64,000 bases of DNA from Nemertoderma westbladi (Eukaryota; Animalia; Xenacoelomorpha). The translations under genes were made by a program, and so were the position numbers. The stretch is taken from contig JAUCBJ010009108.1 in the NCBI GenBank assembly GCA_032718475.1, positions 78,971 through 142,970 of the forward strand. The letters are read 5' to 3'. Below are positions 12,211-25,131 of the stretch, one piece after another. Positions within the stretch are counted from its first letter, which is position 1, and each line of letters starts with the position of its first letter. A model generated the notes under the pieces. The model was given only the letters and a program-made list of their open reading frames with translations, ran no database searches and was not told the origin of the DNA.

Positions 12211-13179
12211 TCAGTCAGTCCACTCCTCAGTCAGTACTACAGTACAGCAGTACTACTGTAAGAGTTGCAGGGTTTTTCTTATCGATTAACAGGGTGCCGA
12301 TATTCCTAATTCTAACACGCTTGCTGTCACAAGGCAGGCGTATGAACTAAGGTGGACATCTATTGGCTAATTTTATATAATGAGGTTATTTCTATCACCT
12401 GAGTGCTGATTTCTGAATTGTAGATTCAACATCTAAGCGCTAGTGATTTAGTTACAGCAATACTGCTGTATACACTAGTACAACATTCCACTTTATATCC
12501 AATCAAATGGGATGTGTGTGGGTAGAGGGAAATTTGAATTGTCATTTCATATTGTACTGTGTCAATATTTAAACTGTACTGTGCTAATATTATACTGTAC
12601 TGTGTCAAACTGTCAATATTATTTTGTACTGTGTCAATATTATATTTTACTGTGTCAATATTTAAACTGAACTGTGTTAATATTATACTGTACTGTGTCA
12701 ATATAATACTGTACTGTGTCAATATTATATTGTATTGTGTCAAACTGTCAATATTATTTTGTACTGTGTCAATATTATATTTTACTGTGTCAATATTTAA
12801 ACTGAACTGTGCTAATATTATACTGTACTGTGTCAAACTGTCAATATTATTTTGTACTGTGTCAATATTATATTTTACTGTGTCAATATTTAAACTGTAC
12901 TGTGTTAATATTATACTGTACTGTGTCAATATAATACTGTACTGTGTCAATATTATATTGTATTGTGTCAAACTGTCAATATTATTTTGTACTGTGTCAA
13001 TATTATATTTTACTGTGTCAATATTTAAACTGAACTGTGTCAATATTTTGCAGTATTTTTAAATATTGCAACCCCACTTCAAATATTGAATTTTGGGCCA
13101 GATATGATGCCATTGCAAGCAAGCGGGTTGTAAATCGCGGATTGCACGCGGGTCGGTCGGTTGGTCGGTCGATGTGAAT

Positions 13180-15010
13180 GTTGGTAGATGGAAATGTGGG
13201 AAGATGGGAATGTGGGAAGGTGGGTGGAACGTAGGAAGATGGGAATTTGGGAAGATGGATGGGAATGCGGGAAGGTGATTGGGAATGTGGGAAGAGGGGT
13301 GGGAATGTAGGAAGTTGGGAATTACGTTATTTTTACCTTCCATGGGGGGGAAAGGAGCAGGTTACAGAGGCGGGCTTTTCTAACCAAAACAATAAACGAT
13401 ATTGTTACCAATTGAGGGAAATGAGCAGGTTACAGAGGCGGGCTTTTCTAACCAAAACAATAAACGATATTGTTACCAATTGAAGGAAAGGAGCAGATTA
13501 CAGAGGCGGGCTCTTCTAAACGAAAAAATAAACGATGTTGTTATCTACCAATTGAAGGAAAGGAGTAGATTACAGAGGCGGCTTTTCTAAACAAAACAAT
13601 AAACGTTGGTTTTACCTACAAATTGAGATAAAGGAGCAGGTCACAGCACCGGGCATTTCTAACCAAAACAATAAACGTTATTGTGTTGTTATCTACCAAT
13701 GAAGGAAAGGAGTAGGTTACAGAGGCAGGCTTTTCTAATCAAAACAATAAACGTTGTTGCTATCTACCAATTGAAGGAAAGGAGTAGGTTAAAGAGGCGG
13801 CTTTTCTAAACAAAACAATAAACATTGTTTTTACCTACCAATTGAGAGAAAGGAGCAGGTCACTGCAGCGGGCATTTCTAACCAAAACAATAAACGTTAT
13901 TGTGTTGTTATCTACCAATTGAAGGAAATGAGTAGGTTACAGCACCGGGCATTTCTAACCAAAACAATAAACGTTATTGTGTTGTTATCTACCAATGAAG
14001 GAAAGGAGTAGGTTACAGAGGCAGGCTTTTCTAACCAAAACAATAAACGTTGTTGTTATCTACCAATTGAAGGAAAGGAGTAGGTTACAGAGGCGGATTT
14101 TCTAAACAAAACAATAAACATTGTTTTTACCTACCAATTGAGAGAAAGGAGCAGGTCACAGCAGCGGGCATTTCTAACCAAAACAATAAACGTTTTTGTG
14201 TTGTTATCTACCAATTGAAGGAAAGGAGTAGGTTACAGCAGCGGGCTTTTCTAACCAAACAATAAACGTTGTTATTCCCAACTTCCCACATTCCCATCAA
14301 CCTTCCCACCTTCCAATCTTCCTACATTCCCATGAACCTTCCCATTTTCCCACCCAGCCACCATCCCACATTCCCATCCACCTTCCCACATTCCCATCTT
14401 CCTACATTCCCACTCACCTTCCCACATTCCGATCCAACTTCCCATATTCCAACATTCCCATCCACCTTCCCATCTCCCCGCATTCCCACCCACCTTCCCA
14501 TCTTCCTACATTCCCACCCACCTTCCCACATTCCCATCCACCTTCCCATCTTCCCGCATTCCCACCCACATTCCCATCTTCCTACATTCCCATCCACCTT
14601 TCCACATTTCCTTCTTCCTACATTCCCATCCACCTTCCCATATTCACACATTCCCATCTTCCCACAATCCCACCCATCTTCCCACATCCCCATCTTCCTA
14701 CATTCCCACCCACCTCCCCACATTCCAATGTTCCCATCCACCTTCCCACATTCCCTTCTTCCTACATTCACATCCACCTTCCCATATTCACACATTCCCA
14801 TCTTCCCACAATCCCACCCAACTTCCCACATCCCCATTTTCCTACATTCCCACCCACCTTCCCACATTCCAATGTTCCCATCCACCTTCCCGCATTCCCA
14901 TCTTCCCACATCCCCATCCACCCACATTCCCATCCACCCACATTCCCATCCACCCACATTCCCACCCACCCACATTGCCACCCACCCACCTTCCCCCCTA
15001 CCCACCCACC
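13180..15010. repeat. Foldback-like block: GGGAATGTGGGAAG low-complexity arm, 60-70-bp minisatellite core, inverted TTCCCACATTCCC arm
   Basis: 13180-13325 is the reverse complement type of 14270-15010. The core 13349-14268 is the inverted form of the 4268-4930 unit. Confidence 0.8.
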
Positions 15011-17119
15011 CGCCCGCCTTCTCACTCACCGTCCCACCGACTGATCAACAGACCATCCTCCTCAAAAAGAGGACTTCTCGCAGCACGTGAATACCAAAAT
15101 ACCCCATGTGAAGTTTCCCTGACTGTTAGGAAGATGGTCGAAAATACGAAGTTGCCTAATGATTGTGAATGGGTCAAATTCCTTTTCGATGTTTTTTTTT
15201 CGCTGGGAAAGGGAATCCTGGGAAACTTCACATGGGCGCCATTCAGACAATACACTCACTATATGAGGGTACTAAAAACAACACAATTTATAATTTATTG
15301 ACCGGATAGTTTCGGAGCCTTTCGTGTGACAATCAGTCAGACAGACACGATTTTCTTACAATTTACAGTAAGCAAATCTGAAGATTTACAAATTAAGATT
15401 GTAGAATGTATTGTGTATGCGAAATACATACTAAATTTACCAATTTACAAACATACCAATTTTGAGTGAATCCATTCCCAGAAAAAAATTATTGAGACAT
15501 GTAACGGCGACTGTTGGGAGAGTATAATTAATTTTGTAAATAATCATGGAATTTTTAGCAACTTATTGGGCGAGAAGTGACCTATTGGGGAAATGACTTA
15601 TTGGGAAAGTGACTCATTTTTAGTTTTAGATACATTTGTATTGGGCGTGTGACTGCACCCCTGGCCCTGGCCGGGCCGGTATCTTACTATAGTAGATGAC
15701 CAACCCCATTGTTTGTAAAGGATAATCTGTACAGAGAGATCACTGGAGATCTAATAATAGATTGAGACTTAGCTCTGGATAGGCTAAGTAAGGGGCCCCT
15801 CCAACAATAGCGCAATTCATCCTGCGAAGAAAGGATTTGCTATTTCTATACTGTAGTTATATTTAGCGGGTTAAGATCCTAATTAGCTTAGAAGGCAATG
15901 CGATGGACTGTTTGGCAACATTTATTTTCTGTATATTATTATGATGTATTTATTTCTTCGATGTCTTCTTACCCAGCAAAAAAAATAAAACCCTTGCGCC
16001 AACTTATTAAACCATCATTAATGATACTACTGTATATTGAGATTCCTTGGGATTTTTATAATAATAAAGAAGCGCGCGATAAGTAGTAGGGAATGCAGTA
16101 GTATTAGAAAGTGAAAGTGGAAAATTAAACATCTAAACATTATTTTTAGGTCTTCCGAATTTAGTTGAGACTAATCAATTATATTTCTACAACACGTAAA
16201 TCGTGAATGTTGGGTGAGATTGGTTTTAGTAAATGATTGATATTTTAGACAGCCCAGGGCTATCTTTGGGTGTTTTTTTTGTACATGTCTAACAAACAAG
16301 ACTTTTCCCTTCATTGTATCAAAGGATGTTTGAGTTTGGCCTGTAGGCAAAGCAGCAGGCAGCCTTCATCCTGTGCTATATCTGAGCTATCAAGGCTGCT
16401 GCTGCTGGCAGTGTATTGTATTCTGCAGGTTAGAGCAAGGAAAGGGAAATTGAATGTTTACTACTGTGCCTTCTGTTGGTGTTGACTTGCTGATGCTGCA
16501 TTATTATGTAGGCCTAGGGTTATGTGGATTGCCTGGGGCGTCCTAGCTGTTGATGTGTCAGTTTAATTTCCGTGATGAATAAGGAATTAAACCCAATGTT
16601 TTGTTTATGTTTTCTGTGTTTACGAATCAGTAATATTGGTTTACACCGTATTATTTGAGTGAATCGACAGGCTACGAATTGTTCTATGTTTGTATACAAT
16701 AAGTTTGTTATTTTTATGTACAAGTACTATAGTAGTCACTGAAACTTTTATGTTCATTTTACTTAATTATAAAATCTGTTTCGTTTATTGGTATAACCAA
16801 TTGTATTGATATTGGTATTTATTGGCATTTATTATTTATTTAAAACCGCCACTCGATTCCTTTTCCTTAAATTACGAAATATAGTTTCGTTTATTGTTTT
16901 GATAAGAAAATAATTATCCTTAATTAGGAAATATAGTACCGTTTATTATTACTGGTTTAGTAACAATTATGTTTATAATTTCCTATAAAATACTAAATCG
17001 TAGAGTTTCTGCTAATAATTTACATAAATAGTATAATTATAATTAATCGCAAACACACGATCAGGGCCATTCCCATGAGCGACCCGTTGAAACTATTCTG
17101 CCTCCTTCTTACAAAGCAA

Positions 17120-17170
17120 AAGTGATTGGCTATTGGATAGATTAAAACCCCCTTTCATTGGTCGGTACAA
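17120..17170 (+). promoter_or_regulatory. Cluster of three reverse CCAAT (ATTGG) boxes upstream of the 17367 ORF
   Basis: gATTGGctATTGGat...cATTGGtc, about 200-240 bp before the ATG. Function is inferred. Confidence 0.3.
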
Positions 17171-17366
17171 ACGTACCGGTATAATGCCACTTCTATTCAG
17201 GGCTTGATAAATAAATAAGGACTAGAAAGATAGTTTGACCATCAATCGATTTAACGGACCGGTAGATTAATGTAGTAGTCAAACACGTTATTAATTATTC
17301 GCGTTTTGAGTTGCGATATCTTGTTTCTTAAAACGTAAACATTTTTAGTATCAATAAAAATAGTCA

Positions 17367-19654
17367 ATGGCAAATATATTTAGATGTTCAGATCTTCCAG
17401 ATTGCCGAGCACTCAAGGATAATATAACTAGCGGTTATTGGTCGCGGAAACTTTGTGCAATGTTTAAGACATTCGACAAGTTGATAAAATTATCAATGCA
17501 TGGAGTTAGTAAGAACTTTAGAAAGACGGTATTTTTAGATCGTTTCCTATTATTGCTTACAAATCAACGGTTGTTTAATTCAAATGACGTAGTGGATATG
17601 GCTATTGTTGAAAGTTACTACAAAGAAGACGTTCCAGGATGGAAGGACTCCAAGTTACCAGATGCTACAGATATCCCAAAGAAAAGGGGAAGAAGGAAAC
17701 GTGAGACTGCGCTAAATACTCCTCCTACTAAGAAAATATGCACATCTGTTGCGAATAGTTCCAATTCGAATAATTCTGCTCCTCCGGTTGAACACTTCGA
17801 GCTGATCAATAGAAGAACGGCTCAACAACATTATCAGAATGTGTATCTAGACCAACATCAACGAAACTTCTTGCTTCGTTATCGACAGCTGCAAATGGCC
17901 GGGCTACAAGAAAACTCTATACAGCAAACGCTTCATGTTCCTCATCAACAGCTGATATCGCAGCAAGGGCCACTTCAACATTATGAAATCCCTCAGCCTC
18001 AGCCACATATTTTCCGACCACAGCATGGCCTGCAACCGACCCAACATCAGCCCCAACAAGTAATAGGCCTATTCCATACCAAAACCATCATTTTCAAAAG
18101 TGTAATCTGTCAGATAGTTTTCACGAGCCTTTACAAGGCCAAAGACTTACACATTTCAATCAACAATCCCCAAGTTCTTTGACACAACGACAAATGCCAC
18201 AAGCGCAATTTCCACAACCACAATTTCCACAACCACAATCGCTACAGCCACAATTGCCACAACCACAACAATCGCTACAGCCACAATTTCCACAACCACA
18301 ATCGCTACAGCCACAATTGCCACAACCACAACAATCGCTACAGCCACAATTGCCACAACCACAATCGCTACAACTACAATTTACACCATCGTTGTGGGAA
18401 GATCTGAATCCTTATTCGGCATTTTCTATAAGAGATAATATGTCCGTAATTAACATACAAGGGTTGGAGAAAGAAGATGTCACACCAAAGGAGTCGGAGA
18501 ATAATTCAATCAATGAAGCAGCATGCATCAAGGTTGATGAAGAAGGTCATCATCGTGAAGGCGAGCAAAGAAGAAGACAAAAACTTAATACTGAACCAGT
18601 TACGACATGTAGTAACTCAATCTTAGAAACAGTTAGCATTAAAAAAGAATTACCTAATGATATCATGGATTTCTTTCACGATGTATCAAATAATGAAATT
18701 GATGTTGATGTACTTATTCAGTATTCCTTAGAGGAAAAAGAGTTAGTTGATGAAAATATATTTGAAATTGAACATAAACTAGAGGAAGTTAGAGAAACTA
18801 GAGTTAAAGAAGAAAGTATTGGCGAGGCTGCAAATTCCAATGTGTGTAGTCCTGTGGGCTTACATGTTGAGAATTATCTTATTGATTCAACAATGGCCAA
18901 TGAAGGTAACACTGGTGTTGTTAATAGTGATGATAAATATCGTGATGATAACGAAGTCGATATTATATATGAATATAGGCCTATATCAAGTGAAGAAGAA
19001 GACGTGAAACCTAAACTAACTTCTATGTATAGTGGTATCAATAATAGCGTAACAGATGACATTGGTGTTGATGGAGTTAATTGTCAAGAAAAAATCAATA
19101 GTATTCATACACCCAATTATCTACCGAATGTGTCAGATACAAACTTAGAAACTGATACTAAGAGGAGGAGCAAACAGATTGAAAAGCGTTATATGAAAGG
19201 AACAACGGGTCGCCGTCTAAACGAAATTAAGTATAAAATTGACGAAATTGATGGGAAATTAGATAGTTTATTGTGCGAAGTTATTTACGATAGGAAAAAT
19301 GAAACAAAACAGGGTGATAATCAGAATAAGGAAATGTCATTTTCAGAAGGCAGTTCTAATATTTTGGCCACAAAATGGCCCCTCACTTTACAGAAAATCG
19401 ACAAGCCATCTGCGAAGAGTTATCGTTGTTGCGCTCCACCTGATCGTAATGGAATGACTCTGGAGAAATCAACATGTAAAACGGAACAAACCATCATAAA
19501 TGCTGACAAATTTTGTCCATGGCCATCCAGTCTACAAATAATAGATTTTCCCGAAGCAATAAAAAATGTTAAATATCAAGAGTCTCCGTTCCATAGACTA
19601 CGTTCGAATCCTTGTTTAATCCCGTTAATAGTCGACTGTGTGTGTAATGTGTAA
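17367..19654 (+). CDS. Uncharacterised ~750-760-aa Q/P-rich, acidic, probably nuclear protein, split across two overlapping frames
   Basis: ORFs 17367-18182 and 18179-19654; the second frame is open from 17987. They join either by a 1-bp indel at ~18059 or by a 41-bp GT..AG intron at 18060-18100. Has a KKRGRRKR basic motif and PQPQ repeats. Confidence 0.7.
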
Positions 19655-20463
19655 AAGCATGTTGGAATTAATACATTCTGCATAATTTTTTTATTATGAG
19701 TGGAATTTAGATTTACATTTCGTAGTTTCTAACTTTTTTATTATTTTTCAATTATAGACTTACCATCTAGATTTGTTATGTGGACTATATAGAGTTGTAT
19801 ATAATCATGTTAAAACCTATATATACGTAAATATACTGCACATTATATAACTGCCTTTATATGTTTATTTTACTACCGCATCTTACATTATTTAACACTT
19901 AGCCAGATTGACTATGCTATTGGTCGGAGTTTGTTATGCCGACCATCGTCACCCCATCCCCCCCCCCCTAGATGACAGGTGTGGCTCTATTATCCTCCGA
20001 GGGTGTGGGCAACGGGCAACCCAATTTGCAGGTAATATGCTGGTGGGAGAATGATGATGCGGTATATTATCCTAACAAACAATGACCCTTACTTACGATA
20101 AGCGATTGGGAATAAGGGGAGAGTGAGTAATGATCGTGACACTGTGACAGTGCAGTCATGCAGTAATATGTGCAATATTGATTGCACAGCTAGTTTTTGA
20201 TTGTTTTTTTTTATTGATAAACATAATTGGAAGAATATAGATAATGACAATATTCCAGTGTAATCGATTACATTGATTGTTTACGATGGTGATGCATCTA
20301 CCTCAACCTCAGGTACTATCACTGCGGTTCGAATGACGAGAGCAATGCAAGATTTCGAAATTATAATTTTTGGAATCATGGCAGTGAAGTGTCTCAAAAA
20401 TGTAACCAGTTCGGCCTGTTGTACGTTACCCCCCCCCCCCCCCCCCCCCACCCCCCGGATTAC

Positions 20464-20725
20464 GAGACAGAGGGGGGGGGGGGGGGGGGGGGGGGGGGGC
20501 TGGACTCAAATCCCAACTTGGCGAATTAATATCCCGCCTCAATGTTAAATTCTCAATTTAGGGAAAGGAGCAGGTTACAGTGGCACGTTAATTTAACCAA
20601 AACAATAAACTAAACACAATAGAACAGGTTACAGTTTTATTTTTGAGAGTATTCAGCTGTTATTTGCGTCGAATTTCCCCTGTAGTGGGATGAATGTTTA
20701 TTGCGTCCAGTTCCCCCCCTATCTG
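20464..20725. mobile_element. G-tract MITE copy 3
   Basis: Same sequence family as 1174-1422. Confidence 0.8.
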
Positions 20726-20992
20726 CGGATTAAACATTGTTAAATAGCCCCTTTGTTAAATACACCGTTGTTTTTACGTTGGCTGGGAATGTAAAGTAAA
20801 TAAAGATTGAGGCCGTAATATCCCAAGGCGAGCGTATAAGAATCTACTAATTATCTCGGAGTATTTAAGGGAAGCACTCCTCACTGAGGGTACAGGTAGA
20901 CATATTAAACTCTCCCTAAATTTTTCCCCATTACGGAGATGGGTTTGGTTAGGGTAAACAAGAAGGGGGTTCCTCCTATGTCCCAAAAATGC

Positions 20993-21346
20993 CCGCCCTA
21001 TTCAGATTCACAATATTTACGCCGCGTAATGGGGCCTGACACGACACGACACACGGATTGACCATGAATAATAAGCAGTTCCACAATGGGAGAGAAAGGG
21101 AATGAAAGAACCGATTCCGTAAGCTTCCAAATTCATTATACCTGTAACCAACGTTCGGGTAAGATTAATAAGCGACATTTCTTGTTCCATTCTTTCCATT
21201 GTTCGTTCTTGTTTCATTTCCAAAAATGTTTAAGCTAAACCTCGCCCTATTCAGAATCACAATACGCCGCATAATGGGGCCTGACACGACACACGGATTG
21301 ACCATGAATAATAAGGAGTTTCACAATGGGAGAGAACGGGAATGAA
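20993..21346. repeat. ~110-bp direct repeat pair (20993-21105 and 21243-21346)
   Basis: cgccctattcaga.tcacaat...ggggcctgacacgacacggattgaccatgaataataag...caatgggagagaa occurs twice. Confidence 0.8.
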
Positions 21347-21577
21347 TGGTGCGGATTCCTTACATTTTGGCTGCCAATTGTATTATACAGTTACTAATTG
21401 GCGACTGTCGCGTCGCATCTGATGGGCCAGACAATACAGCATATTCAGCAGGTTCGACTTACAAAGTAAGCACCATGCCTCCAGCCAGTTGGCCCGGGTT
21501 TTTGGTTGCTTATCTAGGAGGAGAGGACAGAGGCGTAGTGAGCCCTTGTGGCGCCCATGGGAATGAAGCTGAGATGG

Positions 21578-21757
21578 GGGTGAGTACAAAACGAAGACCC
21601 AAGACCCTATGTACAATGTACAAAAAACAAAGATGTAAAGTCGCGTTAGGTCGCTAGTTACACAGGCGTGTTGGGGGAACTAAAACAATAAACGAAAGTT
21701 AACATGTTACAAGATTATGCAGGTCTTTATAATTGGGTCTTTGTTTTGTACTCACTC
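21578..21757. mobile_element. Small MULE-type MITE
   Basis: TIR GGGTGAGTACAAAAC.AAGACCC; TSD gctgagatgg/gctgagatag (9 of 10 match). Confidence 0.7.
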
Positions 21758-24722
21758 GCTGAGATAGCGCCCCCCACCTCCCCGCAATTTTACATTAAAA
21801 AAAATTGGGCGAGTTATAGCGATTTTAAAACGCAAAATTAGCAACATCGAAAAATAAGGGGTGTAAACACTACGCCGACAGCAGACAACAGCAAATATGA
21901 AAATGTAACCTGAGTTCGTGACTCTCGTATATTGTTTTGGTTAGAATAACCTTCTACTGTAACCTGTTCCTTTCCCTCAATTAATGAATAACATTAATTA
22001 GCTTTAATAATGGTTGTCGGCGTTGGTTGTTGGTAGTCGGTTGTCGGCGTAGCGTTTACAACAAAAAATAAGGCCGTTTCTGAAAACTGAATTTAGTGAC
22101 GTCACGCATGGTCTTTTAGGCTTGACGTTTTCTAGATCTGGATATTTTGCCTTACAGTAATTCATAACTGCACAAAACCCAGGTGAGTAGCATTTTAATA
22201 CACAGGTCCAGCTCACCAACAACAGAGTACCATTGGATCCAATAGGAACCGATCGGATCCAACAGCTTCAAACACTTTCAGACAAACTCCAACAGTCAAC
22301 TTCCAACTCCCATCATGTGAAGAATACCAGGATTCCACTCTGCGGTCGACTTTTTATTGTAATTTTATATGTGAAGATTTTTTATTTTTTTTAATTTATC
22401 TTTATAAACCAAATGTTGGTATGAAATTGTTAGGGTTCGCAGTTTATGTAACACACCTTGGACCTGGTAGAGAAACGGGTTGCCTCGCATTCGTTTAATT
22501 GAAACAATCACTAGGGTACTGTTGTATAAACAAATTGCATTAATTCAAGTGAAGTCTGAGGTGATTCGACTCTGCGTGTTTAACAGTGTGAAATTAACAA
22601 ATTTATAAGAAATTGTTTACTTTAGCTCTCTGGAATTGTATTTCGGTAAAGCTATATGGTTCTGTTTAAGCCGAGAGGAGAGGACCTTAGGAATGTGAAC
22701 GCCGAATTCATTTACCTATGCTTTTCAATGGCAGCCAGATTGTCTGTGCGGCACTGCAGCGGGTAAACCGTTACTATTGTATTATACAAAGATAGCGGTA
22801 GGTATAAAGGAAGAGAAATACAGAGATCACTAATTATTGGCTGTTCCCACAGGTTAGGTAGGTTTGAATGGTATGGCGCCAGCGTAGTCTGGCTATTAGC
22901 TACCTGGCTATATATCTTCTAGAGTTCCTCTAGAGGCTACAGGCGCATTCACCCAGTAGTAAATTAGAGGTCAGGATGTTGGAGTTGGTTGAGTCTGGAG
23001 TGATTGACAGGTTGATGGAAGTTGTGTTATTCTGTTTGAAGATGACTGAATCTGTTGGAAGTGGCCCATGTGAAGAATACCAGACTTTCTGTCGTTATAT
23101 TTCACTTTGCAATGACGTAATCTTTAACATGACAACAGCCGAACAAGTTACAGGTATATAGCACACTAGTAATCGCCCTTTGATAATTGTGGATCACAAT
23201 AATTGTGACTGTAAGTCCAAGTCCAGGTCCAGTTACAAATAAATGAAATGGTACATCCCAATGGAGTCACATAATATTACAATGCATGAGATAGATACCA
23301 GGAGCAAATTATTATTTTTTAATTATTGTTACAATTCCAAATAGTATTGAGCACTTAACAGTAAAAAGTTACCTTTAGGAAATCTGCCAAGAAATAATAA
23401 TTATAGGCCCACAAAGTGAAGTGGCCCCATTAGAGTTACATAAAGCCAAACTTGGGAAAGTCATTAAAAAAATTGGACTTTAGTCGAAAATAGATATATT
23501 AGCCGTAAATTAGGCAACTATGGGTATGTTTTTCTTTTGCATCGAGGTAAATTATCTCCACTTCTGGTCATCTTCTATGTGTATGCATGGAATACTGTGT
23601 ATGCTTTTTATTTGTTCTATTTATGTATTTAGATTTGTATATTTGTTTACATACATATGAACAGTAGGCCTATACTGTTTATAATTATAGTGTTTTTAGG
23701 ATATTGGCGATTCAAAGGCGAAAGTGCACTTTTTGGGCTAGAATTCCTATTTCTTGCTCCAATTGAGGTGGGTCAGATAGAAAATTAAAACACAAAACCA
23801 TATAAATTCTTAGAATACAAGATATAATTAAGATTAAGTAAATAAAGGCTGTGTTTAATGTAAGGTTCTTTACAACAATTGTCGTTGCTACGTGTACGCC
23901 CTGTGTGAGAGAATCATCCGACGATCATCATCATATCCGATTAGAAGCTTGTCAGCTGGTCAGAGTATACTGTAGGCCTAAAATAATGACCGTGAGAAGT
24001 TTTATATAGAGCGGCTTTCATTGCTGCGGGTCAATGTCATTGTTATTCCCTCAATACTTAAATTATCAAACAGCAGTTCGGGGGCCTTGGATTCTTATAC
24101 CCAGAAACGAAACCGATGAAGCATACCCATTATTGCGGTAACAGCTGCTACAGTACTTTATAACAATGAATACGTATAATCATTCCCATATACTTTATAT
24201 TCTTGTCACAGATAGCAGTACACATGGTGTACTACTGTCCTGTATGTGTGACATTTTACTGGTCTTTGATTGGTCAGTAAATTTGCATTGTGTCAACAAT
24301 GGAAGCAGGACAATTCGGTCCCGGACAATTCGGTTCGGACAATTCGGTCCCGGACAATTCGGTCCCGGACAATTCGGTCCCATTAATTTTGTGTTTTGGG
24401 ACCGAATTGTCCGGGACCGAATTGTCTGGATACTGACTAGGACAATTCGGTCCCAAAACATGCATATAATGGAACATAATTGTCCGGGACCGAATTGTCC
24501 GGGACCGAATTGTCCAGGACCGAATTGTCCGGGACCAAATTTAATTGGTAATATATAATGGAGAATGTTCTAGAACCTTAATATATATTATTATATGGTA
24601 GCTAGTGTTTTTTTTTACTAGCTACTGTAGTATTTTTTTAAAAATTAAAAAAATTTACTTTTCTTTGTTAACATTATTATTTATGATAATTGAAAGTACC
24701 GACATACTGACTAATATATACG

Positions 24723-24970
24723 GTATACTGCACAAAAGCTAAGCCTATATTCTATAGAAAAATATATGACATTTTGTCGCCGTAATGGGGTAGGACTCAG
24801 GCAAAAATAATTATATTTTTGCCTGAGTTCTACTATTAAAAATAATTATATTTTTGCCTGAGTTCTACTATTAAAAATAATTATATTTTTGCCTGAGTCC
24901 TACCCCTTTACGGCGACAAAATGTCATATATTTTTCTATAGAATATAGGCTTAGCTATTGTGCAGTATAC
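24723..24970. mobile_element. Near-perfect palindromic MITE with an internal ~35-bp triplication
   Basis: ~85-bp arms gtatactgcacaaaagctaagcc...ggactcaggcaaaaata, inverted at 24885-24970. Confidence 0.8.
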
Positions 24971-25131
24971 TACCGGTATCATTTAGTGTATGGCGGTTAG
25001 GTTTTAGGGTTAGGGTGCGATACATACCTGTATGTTGAGCATGTTTCAATATATTTGTTCATGTCGTTTTTGTTTGTATTGTTTGTGTTGTTTTTTGATG
25101 GCCTTAGGGCTGAGTACTACTTAGGGCTTAA

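Larger units (their letters stand above)
3205..13114. mobile_element. Outer IS3EU-type DNA transposon (degenerate, host of nested insertions)
   Basis: Left end TATTGCATCATATCTTGCTCAAAATTCAATATTTGAAGTGGGGTTGC at 3205. Its inverted copy ends ...GATATGATGCCATT at 13114. Inverted similarity runs ~3205-3740 vs ~12360-13114. Flanks gcgtgc/gcaagc may be a decayed 6-bp TSD. Confidence 0.7.

Noticed and set aside
12426-13062. NIDTVQY / IILTQYS repeat ORFs (also at 5498, 6349 and 11607)
   Set aside because: These are translations of the 21-22-bp TIR satellite.
14269-15090. 273-aa Pro/His/Ser-rich ORF and antisense Gly/Trp-rich ORFs
   Set aside because: These are translations of the TTCCCACATTCCC low-complexity repeat, which is open in many frames.
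15290-15350. Hammerhead ribozyme on the minus strand (ctgattg...ccgaaac...gtc)
   Set aside because: The CTGANGA core and stem II are not intact, and there is no adjacent retroelement ORF.
24166-24558. GQFGP / RTIRS collagen- or cuticle-like repeat ORFs (also at 1782, 8201 and 28636)
   Set aside because: These come from the 15-bp subterminal repeats of MULE-type MITEs and are present in both orientations.
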